DNA of 64,000 nt. It comes from Centroscyllium fabricii (lineage: Eukaryota). The stretch spans positions 22,754,001 through 22,818,000 of the forward strand of contig JBNRSN020000002.1 of assembly GCA_051313645.2 (NCBI GenBank). Reading direction: 5' to 3'. Every line of letters starts with the position of its first letter. The first letter of the stretch is position 1. Below are positions 36,470-50,134 of this stretch, piece by piece. The notes beneath the pieces were generated by a model. That model saw nothing but the letters and a program-made list of their open reading frames with translations. It was not told the origin of the DNA and searched no databases. A program made the position numbers and the translations under genes.

Positions 36470-38259
36470 CTGCTTTTTCTGGCCAATTTATATGTACTCT
36501 CCTTGGATCTTATGCTATCCCTAATTTACGATTGAGTCACCTTTTTTGTTTTATTTTTATGCCAAACAGGGATGAACAAATTCTGTAGTTCATCCATGCG
36601 ATCTTTGAATGTTTGCCATTGCACCATCAACCCTTTAAGTAACATTTTCCAATCAATCCTACCCAACTCGCGCCTCATACCATCATAGTTTCCTTTTTTT
36701 AATTTCAGGACCCCAGTCTGAGTCAACTACTTCACTCTCCATCTAATGAAGAATTCTATCATATTATTATCGCTCCATCCAAAGGGGCCTCGCACAACAA
36801 GATTTCTAATTAATCCTTTCTCATTACATAACGCCCTGATCTCTAGTTGGTAACTCGACATATTGGTCCAGGAAACCATCCTGTATACACTCCAGGAATT
36901 CCTCCGCCACAGTATTGTTACTAATTTGGTTAGCCCAATCTATATGTAGATTAAAGTCTCCCATGATAACTGCTGTGCCCTTATTGCACGCTTCTCTAAT
37001 TTCCCTTTTAATGCCATCCCCAACCTCCGCATTACTCTTTGGGGGTCTGTTTACCACTCCCAAGAACGTTTTCTACCCCTTGGTATTTCTCAGTTCTACC
37101 CATACAGATTCTACATCATCAGAGCTAATATCCTTCCTGACAATTGTGTTAATCTCCTCTTTAACCAGCAATGCTACCCCACCGCCTTTTCCTTTTTGCC
37201 CATCTTTCCTGAATATTGAATACCCCTGGATGTTGAGTTCCCAGCCTTGGTCACCCTGGAGCCATGTTTCCGTAATCCCAATCATATCATATCTGTTTAC
37301 CTCTATTTGCGCAGCTAATTCATCCACCTTATTGTGAATGCTCCTCGCATTAAGACACAAAGCCTTCAGGCTTGTTTTTTAACACTCTTAGACCTTTTAG
37401 AATTGTTTACTGTGGCCATGTTTGATTTAAACCCTTGATTTCTCTAATTGCCACCTTTGCTTTTCTCCCTGTCATTTGCTTCTATCCTTTTTCCCTTTCC
37501 TCTGTTTCCCTGCACAGGTTCCCAACCCCGTCATTGTAGTTTAAACCCTCCTCCAGAGCACTAGCAAACACTCCCCCCGAAGATATCGGTCCCGGTCCTG
37601 CCCCGGTGCAAACCGTCCAGTTTGTACTGATCCCACCTCCCCCAGAACCGGTTCCAATGGCCCAAGAATTTGAATCCCTCCCCCTTGCACCAATCCTCTA
37701 GCCACGTATTCATCTGAAATATCCTTCTATTTCTACTCTGACTAGCACGTGGTAATGGTAGCAATCCGGAGATTACTACTTTTGAGGTCCTATTTTTAAA
37801 TTTACCTCCTATCTCGCTATATTCAGCTTTTAGGACCTCATCCCCTTTTTACCAATATCGTTTCTTTAAAATAACAAAGGACTTTTACCAAAAAAAAGAA
37901 AAATACGAAGGAATGTTATAAACTGAGAAAGAATCTTAAGAAACAACTTAAGGACTAGATTTGTGAACTAGATACTGGCTCAAGTTAAGCATTCCCAACT
38001 CAAAGTACCTGGATAACAGAGCAAGATGCAGTCCACAACGTGCTAATGCAACGAGTACCAATTATGAAACCAGCTTTATAAATTCAGGGAACTTGTGAGC
38101 TTTCAACAGTTAAATCGGCAAGTCACACATAGCAAAATCAACAAATGACGACTGACTCGTATTCAATGAACACTGTGCAGATATCAAAAGTACAACTCTA
38201 AACTCTCATTACTCTGAATCACTTCATCTGGTCCCGTATGCAGAGCTGTGGCAATCTAT

Positions 38260-38650
38260 TAACACAGAAGATAGGAGCAGGAGTCGGCCATTTGGCCCTT
38301 CGAGCCTGCTCCGCCATTCAATGAGATCATGGCTGATCATCCAAACCCAGTACCCTGTCCCTGCCTTGTCCCCATATCCCTCTCGAGCCAGCACCGACAC
38401 ATATCCCACCCTATCCCCCGTAACCCCTCATATTCAATCCCCCTACCACTAAGGGTCAATTTATCATGGCCAATCAACCTAACCCGCACATCTTTGGACT
38501 GTGGGAGGAAACCGGAGCACCCTGAGGAAACCCACGCAGACACGGGGAGAATGTGCAAACTCCACACAGATAGTACCCGAGGCCGGATTTGAACCCGGGC
38601 CCCGAGCGCTGTAAGGCAACAGTGCTAACCACGATGCCACTGTGCCGCCC
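38260..38650 (-). mobile_element. V-SINE (HE1-like)
   Basis: Full head, V-domain and CR1 tail. Confidence 0.85.
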
Positions 38651-38998
38651 ATTAGCTGTGCGAATCATTACAATGTAGTCATTGAACAGTCAAGTTTAAA
38701 TGACGTTAACCATGAAAGCAAATCTATTAGGAACTGTCATCCAAGGCCCAAGATCAAATTAAGGCGTTATAATTGTCTTGAGCTCCAATTTTACTAGGAG
38801 ATTTTATTCCATCATTTTTTTCACATTGACAACCAATTATCTATTCCTTTCTTTGACGTTTAACACTATTAGCATGGCACACCCAGCATTGGGATGTTGC
38901 TGCTGCAGTTTTAATCGACTAAGGATCTGCATTTACAAGGAAATTCTATAATCAAAGCATTCGAAATCCAGCTGAACAAGGTGAGCAACTCTCCTTAC

Positions 38999-39112
38999 CT
39001 GAACACAGCTAACAACGGTGCATAAACCGAGTCCCCATCATACACATATAAATGATCCCAGCTGCACTCCGTGGCAAAGTGGATGAATCGAAGCCTTAAT
39101 ATAGTGTTTGGC
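38999..39112 (-). CDS. ATRN: Attractin-family coding exon (CUB domain, middle)
   Basis: 114-bp exon, tag|GCCAAAC...TTCAG|gtaagg; (Q)PNTILRLRFIHFATECSWDHLYVYDGDSVYAPLLAVF(S); phase matches both neighbouring exons. Confidence 0.92.
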
Positions 39113-40312
39113 CTAGAATTAAAACACAAATTCAGGTTAAGGTGGTCTTTATTTATAATCAGCATTAAAAACTGAGCAAAACGTTCATCTCCCATCAACC
39201 TCAATAACTCTCAACAGTAAAATGCAGCACTGAACCACACGGACCAGGAGAGATTTACCTCTGATCTGTGTTCAGTTTTCTCAAATCCACAAGGGTGGCA
39301 GTGAGCTTGTTCCAATTGTTCTCAATGTCCCTGGACGAGTTTGGATAGGTTGGAGTGGATAATGAAGCAGCAAAGGGAGGGAGGGAAGACCAAGCAGGAT
39401 TCTCTATTACGACTGCTGGCCACGAGCCTCCCCTGGAAACATGCATATGCAGACAGAACGCCTTACCCCCCCTCCCCAACCCCCTAATCTGAAGAGAGGG
39501 CGGACACTTACTGTCGAGGATCGCACTGAAAAATGCCACTTTGAGAAAGTATCAGAAGCTTCGCAGGAGCATTGGAACTGTACACATGGCTTTCCAACTT
39601 CACGACGGGACGTGTATTGGGATTTGGGGGGGGGGGGTGGGGGGGAGATAAGGATCACGAGCAAACGGAGCAGGACATGAAGTTCAATTTGCTGAGGGTA
39701 CAGACAATTATGGACCCGAATCCACAATAGAAAACAGATCAAAGTTCAGAAAGATTGGGCAAAGATTTACAGAACAACTGAACATAAGAAGTAGGAGCAG
39801 GAGTAGGCCATACGGCCCCTCGGGCCTGCTCCGCCATTCAATGAGATCATGGCTGATCCGAACTTCGACTCACGTCCACTTCCCTGCCCGTTCCCCGTAA
39901 CCCCTTATTCCCCTGAAGAGTTGCGTCAGAGCAGAAAATTCTTCACAGAGCAGTGAGTTATAAAAAGTCGACACCAAGCTCAAGAAGGCAATTACTGGGA
40001 AGGGTGACCAACGACTGGGTCTTAAAAGGAGGAGAGGTTTAGGGAAGAAATTACAGACTGTAGGGCTCAATGAGCTGACACTGGTGGGATGGAAGGAGGG
40101 GGGGAATACACAAAAGACTAGAAGAATTTAAGTCAGGGGTGTTGTCGGGCTGGAGGAGGTTCCAGAGATTGGTAGGGAGGCCATGAAGAGATTTAAGCAC
40201 CAAGCTTAAAAATGCATTTAAATGTGAGGAGCTGTGGGTCGAGGAGCCAATGTAGCTCAGTGAGGACAGGCAGGACCTGGTACGAGAGAGTACAAGCAGC
40301 ATAGATTTGGAT

Positions 40313-40460
40313 GAAATAACAACAGAAACACTGGAGAAACTCAGCCGGACAGGCAGCATCGGTGGAGAGAGAAACCAATGTTGTCTGGCCGGCTGAGTTT
40401 CTCCAGCATTTTCTGTTGTTATTTCGGATTTCCATCATCAGCGGTATTTTGCTATCGCAA
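40313..40460. repeat. Fold-back repeat of the second Penelope-derived family, inside an L2 fragment
   Basis: gaaataacaacagaaa..ctggagaaactcagccgg / ccggctgagtttctccag..tttctgttgttatttc inverted arms. Confidence 0.65.
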
Positions 40461-40479
40461 TAGTTTTGGATGAGCTGGT

Positions 40480-41765
40480 TTACATAAGAACATAAGAAAT
40501 AGGAGCAGGAGTAGGCCAATCGGACCCTCGAGCCTGCTCCGCCATTCAACAAGATCATGGCTGATCGCATCCTAACCTCAATTTTATTTTTACTCTCCAT
40601 CCCGCCCAAACCCATGTGATCTCCCGGGAGTGGCGAAAAACCAGATAAAAAACCCAGTGGCCAATTTGGGAGAAAAAAATCTGGGAAATTTCCTCTCCGA
40701 CCCATCTAGGCGCTCGAAAACTGGTCCAGGAGATCACATGGCCAATCTGAACCTCACCTCACGTCCACTTACCTGCCCGCTCACCATAACCCCTAATTCC
40801 CTTTACTTCCAGGAAACTGGCTATCTCTATTTTAAATTTATTCAATGTTGTAGTTTCCACAGCTCTCTGGGGCAGCAAATTCCGCAGCCCCACCACCCTC
40901 AGAGTGAAGAAGTTTCTCCTCATCTCAGTTTTAAAATGGCAGCCCCTTATTTTAAGATTATGCCCCCTAGTCCGAGTTTCACCCACCATTGGGAACATCC
41001 TCACAGCATCCACCCGATCAAGCCCTCTCACAATCTTATATGTTTCAAAAAGATCGCCTCTCATTCTTCTGAACTCCAATGAGTAGAGGCCCAATCTACT
41101 CAACCTCTCCTCATAGGTCAGCCCCCTCATCCCCGGAATTAACCTAGTGAACCTTCTTTGCACTGCCTCGAGAGCAAGTATGTCCTTTCTTAAATATGAA
41201 TACCAGAACTGCACGCAGTATTCCAGGTGTGGTCTCACCAATACCCTGTACAACCGCAGCAAGACCTCCCTGCTTTTATACTCCATCCCCTTAGCAATAA
41301 AAGCCAACATTCCATTGGCCTTCCTGACCACCTGCTGCACCTGCATATTAACTTTTTGTGTTTCCTGCACCAGGACCCCCAGATCCCTTTGCACTGAAGT
41401 ACTTTCCAGTTTCTTTCCAATAAGATAGTAACTCGCTCTATTATTTTTCCTGCCAAAGTGGATAACTTCACACTTTTCAGTATTATATTCCATCTGCCAA
41501 ATCTCTACCCACTCACTTAGCCTATCTATGCCCTTTTGCAGGTTTTTAATGTCCTCATCACTCATCACCCTCCCTCCCATCTTTGTGTCATCCGCAAACT
41601 TTGATATGTTGCACTCGGTCCCTTCCTCCAAATCGTTAATATAGATTGTAAAGAGTTGGGGTCCCAGCACCGACCCTTGCGAACACCACTAGTCACTGAC
41701 TACCAGTCTAAGAACGAACCATTTATCCCAACTCTCTGTTTTCTGTCAGAAAGCCAATCCTCTCT
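40480..41765 (-). mobile_element. CR1 3' portion with open 303-aa RT C-terminus and structured 3' UTR module
   Basis: ORF 40759-41670 ISKFADDTK...GERAGKWT*. Confidence 0.9.
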
Positions 41766-41859
41766 TCTGGAGAGTCAGTGGGTGTGAAGTGTATGGAGGG
41801 TGGAGGATGGGTGGGTGGCCTGCCGAGCATTGGAACAGTGGAGCCCGGTGGTGACAAAG

Positions 41860-42250
41860 GCATAGAAACATAGAAACTAGGAGCAGGAGTAGGCCATTCG
41901 GCCCTTCGAGCCTGCTCCGCCATTCAATGAGATCATGGCTGATCATCCAAACCCAGTACCCCGCCCCTGCCCCACATCCCTATCGAGCCTGCACCGACAC
42001 ACATCCCACCCTATCCCCGCAACCCCACATATTCAATCCCCCTAATACTAAGGATCAATTTATCCTGGCCAATCAACCTAACCCGCACATCTTTGGACTG
42101 TGGGAGGAAACCGGAGCACCCGGAGGAAACCCACGCAGACACGGGGAGAATGTGTAAACTCCACACAGATAGTACCCGAGGCTGGATTTGAACCCGGGTC
42201 TCCAGTGCTGTGAGACAACAGTGCGAACCACTGTGCCACCATGCCGCCCA
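41860..42250 (-). mobile_element. V-SINE (HE1-like)
   Basis: Full-length copy. Confidence 0.85.
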
Positions 42251-42370
42251 TGGGTGAGGGCATCAGCAGCAGACGGGCTGCGGCAGAGGTAGGCGATGTT
42301 AGAAAGATGCAAATATATGGTCTTGGTGATGGAGAAAACATAGGGTCAGAAGTTCAGTTCAGGATCAAAC

Positions 42371-42960
42371 GGGCGGCACGGTGGCATCATGGTTAGCACT
42401 GTGGCCTCACAGCGCTAGGGACCTTTAGGGAAGGAAATCTGCCGTCCTTACCTGGTCTGGCCTACATGTGACTCCAGACCCACAGCAATGTGGTTGACTC
42501 TTAATGCCCTCTGAAATGGCCCAGCAAGCCACTCAGTTGTAAACAACCGCTACGCAACATTGTGGGTGTACCTACACCATATGGACTGCAGCGGTTCAAG
42601 GCGGCGACTTACCACCATCTTCTCAAGGGCAATTAGGGATGGGCACTAAATGCAGGCCTAGCCAGCCAGCAACGCCCGTATCCCATCAGAAGAATTTAAA
42701 AAAAACGGGTTCAAATCCAGCCTCGGGTACTATCTGTGTGGAGTTTGCACATTCTCCCCGTGTCTGCGTGGGTTTCCTCCGGGTGCTCCGGTTTCCTCCC
42801 ACAGTCCAAAGATGTGCGGGTTAGGTTGATTGGCTAGGATAAATTGACCCTTGGTGTTAGGGGGATTAAATATGTGGGGTTACAGGGATAGGGTGGGATA
42901 TGTGTCGGTGCAGGCTCGATGGGCCGAAATGGCCTCTATCTGCACTGTAGGGATTCTATG
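42371..42960 (+). mobile_element. V-SINE interrupted by a truncated copy of the 27005-type SINE (42424-42706)
   Basis: Head ...ctagggacc| resumes at |cgggttcaaatcc. Confidence 0.78.
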
Positions 42961-43277
42961 AAAGTGAATGGGGGCTGAAGAAAATTGAGGTTCATCCAAG
43001 ACTGGAAGTCAAACAAGCAGTCTGACAGAAGAAGCAGTGAATGGAATGAGAGGTGGCGGAGAGCTGGAGTTGCACATCATGTTACCAAGGGGTAGCATAT
43101 AGACAAGGAAGAGGGGGCACTCCAAAAGGTAACGATGTGAGGGTTAGAAGAGAAGCCATTGCTGGAGATGCTCTGGCTATGATCGAATAGGTAAAAGCAC
43201 AACCATGTGAGGGCAGTCTCACTAAGCTGCACAGAGGACAGATGCTGAAGGTGCATGGAGTGGTTAACTACGTCAAA

Positions 43278-43677
43278 GGCGGCACGGTGGCATAGTGGTT
43301 GGCACTGTTGCCTCACAGCGCTAGGGGCCCGGGTTCAAATCCAGCCTCGGGTACTATCTGTGTGGAGTTTGCACATTCTCCCCGTGTCTGCGTGGGTTTC
43401 CTCTGGGTGCTCCGGTTTCCTCCCACAGTTCAAAGATGTGCGGGTTAGGTTGATTGGCCAGGATAAATTGACCCTTAGTGTTAGGGGGATTGAATATGTG
43501 GGGTTACGGGTTAGGGTGGGATATGTGTCGGTGCAGGCTCGATAGGGATCGAGGGATATGGGGGAGGGCAGGGACAGGGTGCTGGGTTTGGATGATCAGC
43601 CATGATCTCATTGAATGGTAGAGCAGGCTCGAGGGGCCGAATGGCCGACTCCTGCTCCTATCTTCTATGTTTCTATG
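43278..43677 (+). mobile_element. V-SINE (HE1-like)
   Basis: Full-length copy. Confidence 0.85.
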
Positions 43678-43829
43678 TAAAGTGGTTGAGGCTAAAGGGT
43701 GATAATTCACACGATCACAGAGAATGTCCTACGTTTAAAGAGCAGAGATATTTTTTCTGCCCCCTGCAAAAAAAGCGGTTCCCTAGGCTGCAGGCATCCT
43801 TCGCTCTTGAGCTTGCAACCATAATCAAA

Positions 43830-46265
43830 GAATCATAGATATTTACAGCACAGAACGAGACCATTCGGCCCATCTTGCCTGTGCTGGCCGACAAAGAGCT
43901 ATCCACCCGAATCCTACTTTCCAGCACTTGGTCCGTAGCCCTGTAGGTTTCGCTACTTCACGTGCATATCGAATTCGTTTTTAAATGTGATGAGGGTCTC
44001 TGCCTCTACCACCCTTTCAGGCCGTGAGTTCCAGACCCCCACCACCCTCTGGGTGAAAAAAACTCTCCTCAACTCCCCTCTAATCCTTCTACCAATTCCT
44101 TTAAATCAATGCCCCCGGTTATTGACCCCCCTGCTGAGGGAAATAGGTCCTTGCCATCCACTCTATCGAGGCCCCTCATAATTTTATACACCTCAATTAA
44201 ATCTCCCCTCAGCCTCCTCTGTTCCAAAGAAAACAACCCCAGCCTCTCCAATCTTGCCTCACAGCTAAAATTACCCAGCCCAGGCAACATCCTCGTAAAT
44301 CTCCTCTGCACCCTCTCCAGTGCAATTACATCCTTCCTGCAATGAGGTGACCAGCGAGTCATAACGGCACAGAAGGAGGCCATTCGGCCCATTGAGTCTG
44401 TGCCGGCTCTCTGGAGCAATCTAGTCAGTCCCATTCCCCCGCTCTATCCCCGCAGTCCTGCAAGTTTATTTCCCTCAAGTGCCGATCCAGTCTCCCCTTG
44501 AAAACATCGAGTGTCTCCGCTTCCACCACGTCCATCGGCAGCGAATTCCAGGTCATCACCACTCGCTGCGTAAAAAAGTTTTCCCTCACATCCCCCCTGT
44601 ATCTCTTGCCAAAAACCTTCAATCTGTGTCCCCTAGTCCTTGTACCACCAACTAGTGGGAACAGCCTTTACCCGTCCAGCCTATCCAAACCTGTCATAAT
44701 CTTGAACATCTTTATAAAATCACCCCGTAACCTGCTTTGCTCTAACGCAAACAAATCCAGCTGGCGGCATGGTGGTTAGCACTGTTGCCTCACAGCGCTA
44801 GGGGCCCGGGTTCAAATCCAGCCTCGGGTGACTATCTGTGTGGAGTTTGCACATTCTCCCCGTGTCTGCGTGGGTTTCCTCCAGGTGCTCCGGTTTCCTC
44901 CCACAGTCCAAAGATGTGCGGGTTAGGTTGATTGGCCACGATAAATTGACCCTTAGTGTTAGGGGGATTGAATATGTGGGGTTACGGGGATAGGGTGGGA
45001 TATGTGTCGGTGCAGGCTCGATGGGCCGAAATGGCCTCTATTTGCACTGTAGGGATTCTATGATTCTCCAAACTGTCCTTGTAGCCGAGATCCCCCATCC
45101 CCGGAATCATTCTGGTAAATCTCCTCTGCACCCTCTCAAGAGCCTTCACATCCTTCCTAAAGTGTGGTGACCAGAGCTGGACGCAATACTCCAGTTGTGG
45201 CCTAACCAGCGCTTTTTAAAGATTCAGCATAACTTCTCTACTTTTGTACTCAATACCTCTATTTATGAAGCCCAAGATCCCATATGCTTGGTTAACCACA
45301 CTCATGTCTTGCCACCTTCAGGGACCGATGCACACTAATTCCCAGGGCCCTCTGTCCCTGCACACTCTATAAAACTATGCCATCAAGTGTATATTGCCTC
45401 TCCCTGTTCCTTCTGCCAAATTGCATCACCTCACACTTCTCTGTATTAAATTCCATCTGCCACTTGTCTGCCCATTCTGCTAGCCTTTCTATGTCCTTTT
45501 GCAGTCAATTGATAGCATCACTGTTTGCCACACCCCCAAGTTTGAGGTCATCAGCAAATTTAGAAATTCTACTCTGTATTCCAATATCCAGGTCATTTAC
45601 ATATATATCAAAAAAGCAGCACTGACCCTCGGGGAACACCACTGTCCACCATCCTCCAGTCTGAAAAACAGCCATTTGCCACAACTCGCTGTTTTGTCCT
45701 GAAGCCAATTCCTTATCCAAGCTGCCATTGACCCACCTATTCCATGAGCCTCAATTTTCTTAACCAGCCTTCTACGTGGCACTTTGTCAAACGCCTTCCT
45801 AAAATCCATGTAGACAACATCTAATGCATTCCCTTCATCAATCCTCTGTTACTTCATCAAAATTTTTGATTTGGTTAGTCAAACACAATCTTACTTTTAC
45901 AAACCCATGTTGGCTTTCCTTAACAAGACGAGAACTGCACGCAGTATTCTAGCTGCGGCCCAACTAGTGTTTTATACAGTTCAAGCATAACCTTCCTGCT
46001 CTTGTATTCTATGCCTCGGCTAATAAAGGCAAGTGTCCCATATACCTTCTGAACCACCTTATCAACCTGTGCTGCAAGCTTCAGGGATCTGTGGACATGC
46101 ACGCCAAGGTCCCTCTGTTCCTCTACACTTCTCAGTGTCCTACCATTCATTGTGTATTCCCTTGCCTTATTCGCACCTCCCCAAATGCATTACCTCCCAC
46201 TGCTCCGGGTTGAATTCCATTTGCCACTGTTCTGCCCGCCTGACTAGTCCATTGATATCTTCCAG
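43830..46265 (-). mobile_element. Cluster of CR1 fragments with a V-SINE (44762-45067, +)
   Basis: RT-motif ORFs at 44069-44434, 44425-44622, 45505-45809 and 45920-46150. Confidence 0.8.
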
Positions 46266-46313
46266 CAGTTGTTGCATAATGAGGATTTTCCATTCCCAGT
46301 TGTGTTACAGGCA

Positions 46314-46640
46314 GACAGAAGATAGGAGCAGGAGTAGGCCATTCGGCCCTTCGAGCCTGCTCTGCCATTTTTTTGATGAGATCATGGCTGATCACCCAAA
46401 CCCAGCACCCCCCTCCTACCCTCTCCCCACATCCCCCGACACCCCCAACTCCAAGAACCACATCTCGCACACATACTCATGGGCAATTTTTTTTGTATTT
46501 CCAATTCACCTAACCTGCATGTCTTTGAGTGGTGGGAGGAAACCGGAGTACCCGGAGGAAACCCACATGAACACGGGGAGAACATACAAACTCCACGCAG
46601 AGGTGTCTCGGGCCAAGCAGGATTCGAACCCAGGAGCTGA
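46314..46640 (-). mobile_element. V-SINE subfamily copy
   Basis: Reverse complement of 47920-48240. Confidence 0.8.
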
Positions 46641-46716
46641 CAGAGCAGGAAAGCACCAATTCGGCAAGTGGACCACACAGGAGCACTGATTTGAATGGCC
46701 AGAAGTCGTCATAGTA

Positions 46717-47157
46717 CAGGTTGAGCACCGGTAATCCGTTACCCGAAACGCCGGCAACTTCAGTCTTCCAGAACAAATTGCCCCGACTGCACTGCGCATG
46801 CGCAAAATGGCAGCCGCAATCGCGGCTTCGGCGAATGATCTGCGCATGCGCCGCCGGACGGCGAGCGCATGCGCAGATCATTCAAAACGGCCGCCGGACG
46901 AGCCGGGCCTTCCATGGCGTCAGGGCGCGGCGGCTCGCGCCGCGTTTTGAACGTGCCGGTCCCGAGCGCCCGGCATGGTGAAGCGCACGGTTCCCCGGAG
47001 CAGCCTGCTGGCCGTCATCAGGAGACACAAACCGCAGCTGAGACTCGGCAAGGACGTTCGGTGGCCATTTCCAATGTTGTGTGCTGCGCACTGACCGAAT
47101 GCATTCTGACGGTTTTTTCACTTTCCCGCCCGTGCCCGATTACCGGTGCTCAACCTG
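46717..47157. mobile_element. Tigger-like MITE
   Basis: Perfect 20-bp TIR caggttgagcaccggtaatc, TA on both flanks. Confidence 0.9.
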
Positions 47158-47904
47158 TATTTGAAAGGACAGTGGTGGTGTCAAGGAGAGGAAGTCAGGG
47201 CCAGAATGGTTAATTAAACAAATGTCGGTAGCACACCATACTGAAGCACAGGCTCATTAGAACTCATTCCAGAGAAGAAAAAACATTTTTTTTTCCCCAC
47301 ATCTACTGATCGACATACTGCATTACTATATTAAAGATCCTGCACCCTCCAATACCTTGGCCAAGTGACTATTTATGCGTGAGCCTTTATACTGAGTGGA
47401 AATTTGACCAAAGGGCTAAAGACGTCACAGGCAAGCCACACTGGGAAGGCCACATTTATTCTCTAACCTCGTTGCCCTGAAAAAAGTGTTGTCGCAGCGG
47501 CATCCACACAAGCAACTGGTGAGTACTGACTCTCAGTCCCGACTTGAGCTTCATCGATGGTGGAGTGGCTTTGGCAGAGTCAGGAGGTGGGCCATACATT
47601 GCAGAATAATCTGCCTCTGCCCTGCTCTTGTAGCCAGTGTGCTCATTTGGCTGGTCCAGTTCAGTTACCGGTCATGGTAATCCCGAAGACTGAGCGATGG
47701 TGGTGCCACTGAAGGTCGATAGTCGAACGGCCGTGTCGCGAACATGGATAGGGCAGCGACTGTGTTACTGGTCTACCAATCCTGAGGACTGGAACAATAA
47801 TCCAGAAAACCCAAGTTCAAATTGCACCATGGCAGTTTCAGAATTTAAATTCAGTTTTTAAAAATATGTGGAAAGATCAGTAAAAAAAGTGACCATGAAG
47901 CCCA

Positions 47905-48248
47905 GGCCTCGCAATAAGGAGCTCCTGGGTTCGAATCCTGCTTGGCCCGGGACCTCTCTGCGTGGAGTTTGCATGTTCTCCCCGTGTTTGTGTGGGTTTC
48001 CTCCGGGTATTCCGGTTTCCTCCCACCACCCAAAGACATGCAGGTTAGGTGAATTGGAAATACTAAAAAATTGCCCATGAGTATGTGTGTGAGATATAGT
48101 TCTTCGAGTTGGGGGTGTCGGGGGATATGGGCAGAGGGTAGGAGGGGGGTGCTGGGTTTGGATGATCAGCCATGATCGCATCAAAATGGTGGAGCAGGCT
48201 CGAAGGGCCAAATGGCCTACTCCTGTTCCTATCTTCTGTGTGTTTCTG
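47905..48248 (+). mobile_element. V-SINE subfamily copy
   Basis: B box ggttcgaatcc, V-domain, CR1 tail. Confidence 0.8.
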
Positions 48249-48635
48249 TGAAGCTGTCAATTGTTGTGAAAACCCTACTGATCCGACAATATCCTTTAGG
48301 GAAGTAAATCTGCCATCCTTACTTGATCTAGCTAAAATGTGACTCCAGTTCCACACCACTCTTCACTGCCCTCTGAAGTCGCCTCGCAAACTACTCAGTT
48401 GCGTCAAACTGCTACAAAGAACACGGATTGCAGTGGTTCAAAGCCTACCACCAACTTCAAGGCACCTAGGAACGGGCAATAAATGCCAGCCTTGCCAGTA
48501 ATGCCTAAACCTACGAACAAACTTTTTTTTTTAAGTGGATATGGCTGACTTCCTCTTGTTCCAGATGGTTATTACCTGACACTTACGTGGTGTGAATCTT
48601 ACCTATGACTACTCAGCACAAGACTGGATGGTATC

Positions 48636-49772
48636 CATAGAAACGTAGAAGACAGGAGCAGGAGTAGGCCATTCAGCCCCTCGAGCCTGCTCCGCCATTC
48701 AATGCGATCACGGCTGATCATCCAAACTCAGTACCCCAAACCTGCCTTCTCCCCATATCCCTTCAGCCTTAAGAAATATATCCAACTCCTTCTTGAACAT
48801 ATTTAATGAATTGGCCTCAACTGCCTTCTGTGGTAGAAAATTCCACAGGTTCACCACACTCTGGATGAAGAAATTCCTCCTCATCTCTGTCCTAAATGGC
48901 TTACCCCTTATTCTTAGACTGTGACCCCGGGTTCTGGAGTCCCCGCCATCTGGAATATCCTTCCTGCATCTAGTCTGTTGAGTTCTGTTAGAATTTTATA
49001 AGTTTCAATGAGATCCTCTCTCATTTTTCTAAACACAAGCGAATATAAACTTAATCAACCCAATTTCTCCTCATACATCATTCTCGCCATCCTAGGTAAC
49101 AGCCTGGTGAATCTTCGCTGCACTCCCTCCATGGCAAGAACATCCTTCCTTGGATAAGGCGACCAAAATTGCACACAATACTCAAGGTGTGGTCTCACCA
49201 AGGCCCTGTACAACTGCAGCAAGACATCCTTGCTCCTGTACTCAAATTCTCTCGCTATAAATGCCAACATACCATTTGCCTTCTTAACCGCCTGCTACAC
49301 CTGCATGCTTACCTTCAGCGACTGGTGCACAAGGACACCCAGGTCTCATTGCACTTCCCCTTTTCCTAATCTATTGCCGTTCAGATAATAATCTGCCTTC
49401 CTGTTTTTGCCACCAAAGTGGATAACCTCGCATTTGTCCACATTATACTGCATCTGCCCAATCACCCAACCTGTCCAAATCAGACTGGAGTTTCGCTGCA
49501 ACCTCCTCACAGCGCACACGCCCACCCAGCTTTGCGTCGTCTGCAAACTTGGAGATATTACATTTAGTTCCCTCGTCTAGATCATTGATATATATTGTGA
49601 ATAGCTGGGGTCCTAGCGCCGATCCCTGTGGTACCCCACTAGTCACTGCCTGCCACTCGGAAAAAGACCCGTTTATTCCAACTCTTTGCTTCCTGTCTGC
49701 CAAACAATTCTCTATCCAAGTCAGTACTTTACCCCCAATCCCATGTGCTTTAACATTGCACGCTAATCTCTT
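48636..49772 (-). mobile_element. Decayed CR1 3' fragment
   Basis: [25 protein letters not shown]. Confidence 0.85.
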
Positions 49773-50134
49773 ATCCAAGTCCTGCTGTAGGCTGGTATGG
49801 GTTGCTTCATTATCAGCGAAGTTGAAGAGCAAAAGACCCACTCCTGACCTCATAACCAAGAGAAGGAAATTGAATATTGTTGGGCCCAGGGTGCTTCCAA
49901 GTACCTCCCGCAATGATGTCCTGGGGCTGCAATAACTGGCCTCTTACAACGACAACTACAACTATCTTCTTTTGCATCAGGTATGACTTGAATTTTCCCC
50001 CTGCATTACCCTCAGCTTTGCTGGAGCTCCTTTACAATACTTAGCTGAACAATGCCTTGATGTCAAAGGCAGCTAATATCACCTCTCCTCTGCCACTGAG
50101 CTCTGCCATCCATGCACAGATCAAAGTTGTGATG

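Larger units (their letters stand above)
32196..37860 (-). mobile_element. Long decayed CR1 (ORF1 esterase remnant, APE, RT, tail) broken by nested insertions
   Basis: DGLH ORF1 end (37561-37764), MCLNARSIHNKVDEL (37073-37360), IMGDFN, GNYRPVSLTSVVGK (33461-34033). Confidence 0.85.

Noticed and set aside
39255-39400. Minus-strand ORF end with donor-like AG|gtaaat near the middle exon
   Set aside because: No attractin similarity, and the known exons already join in frame without it
43278-43350. tRNA-like sequences with A/B boxes
   Set aside because: Heads of SINEs; no complete cloverleaf
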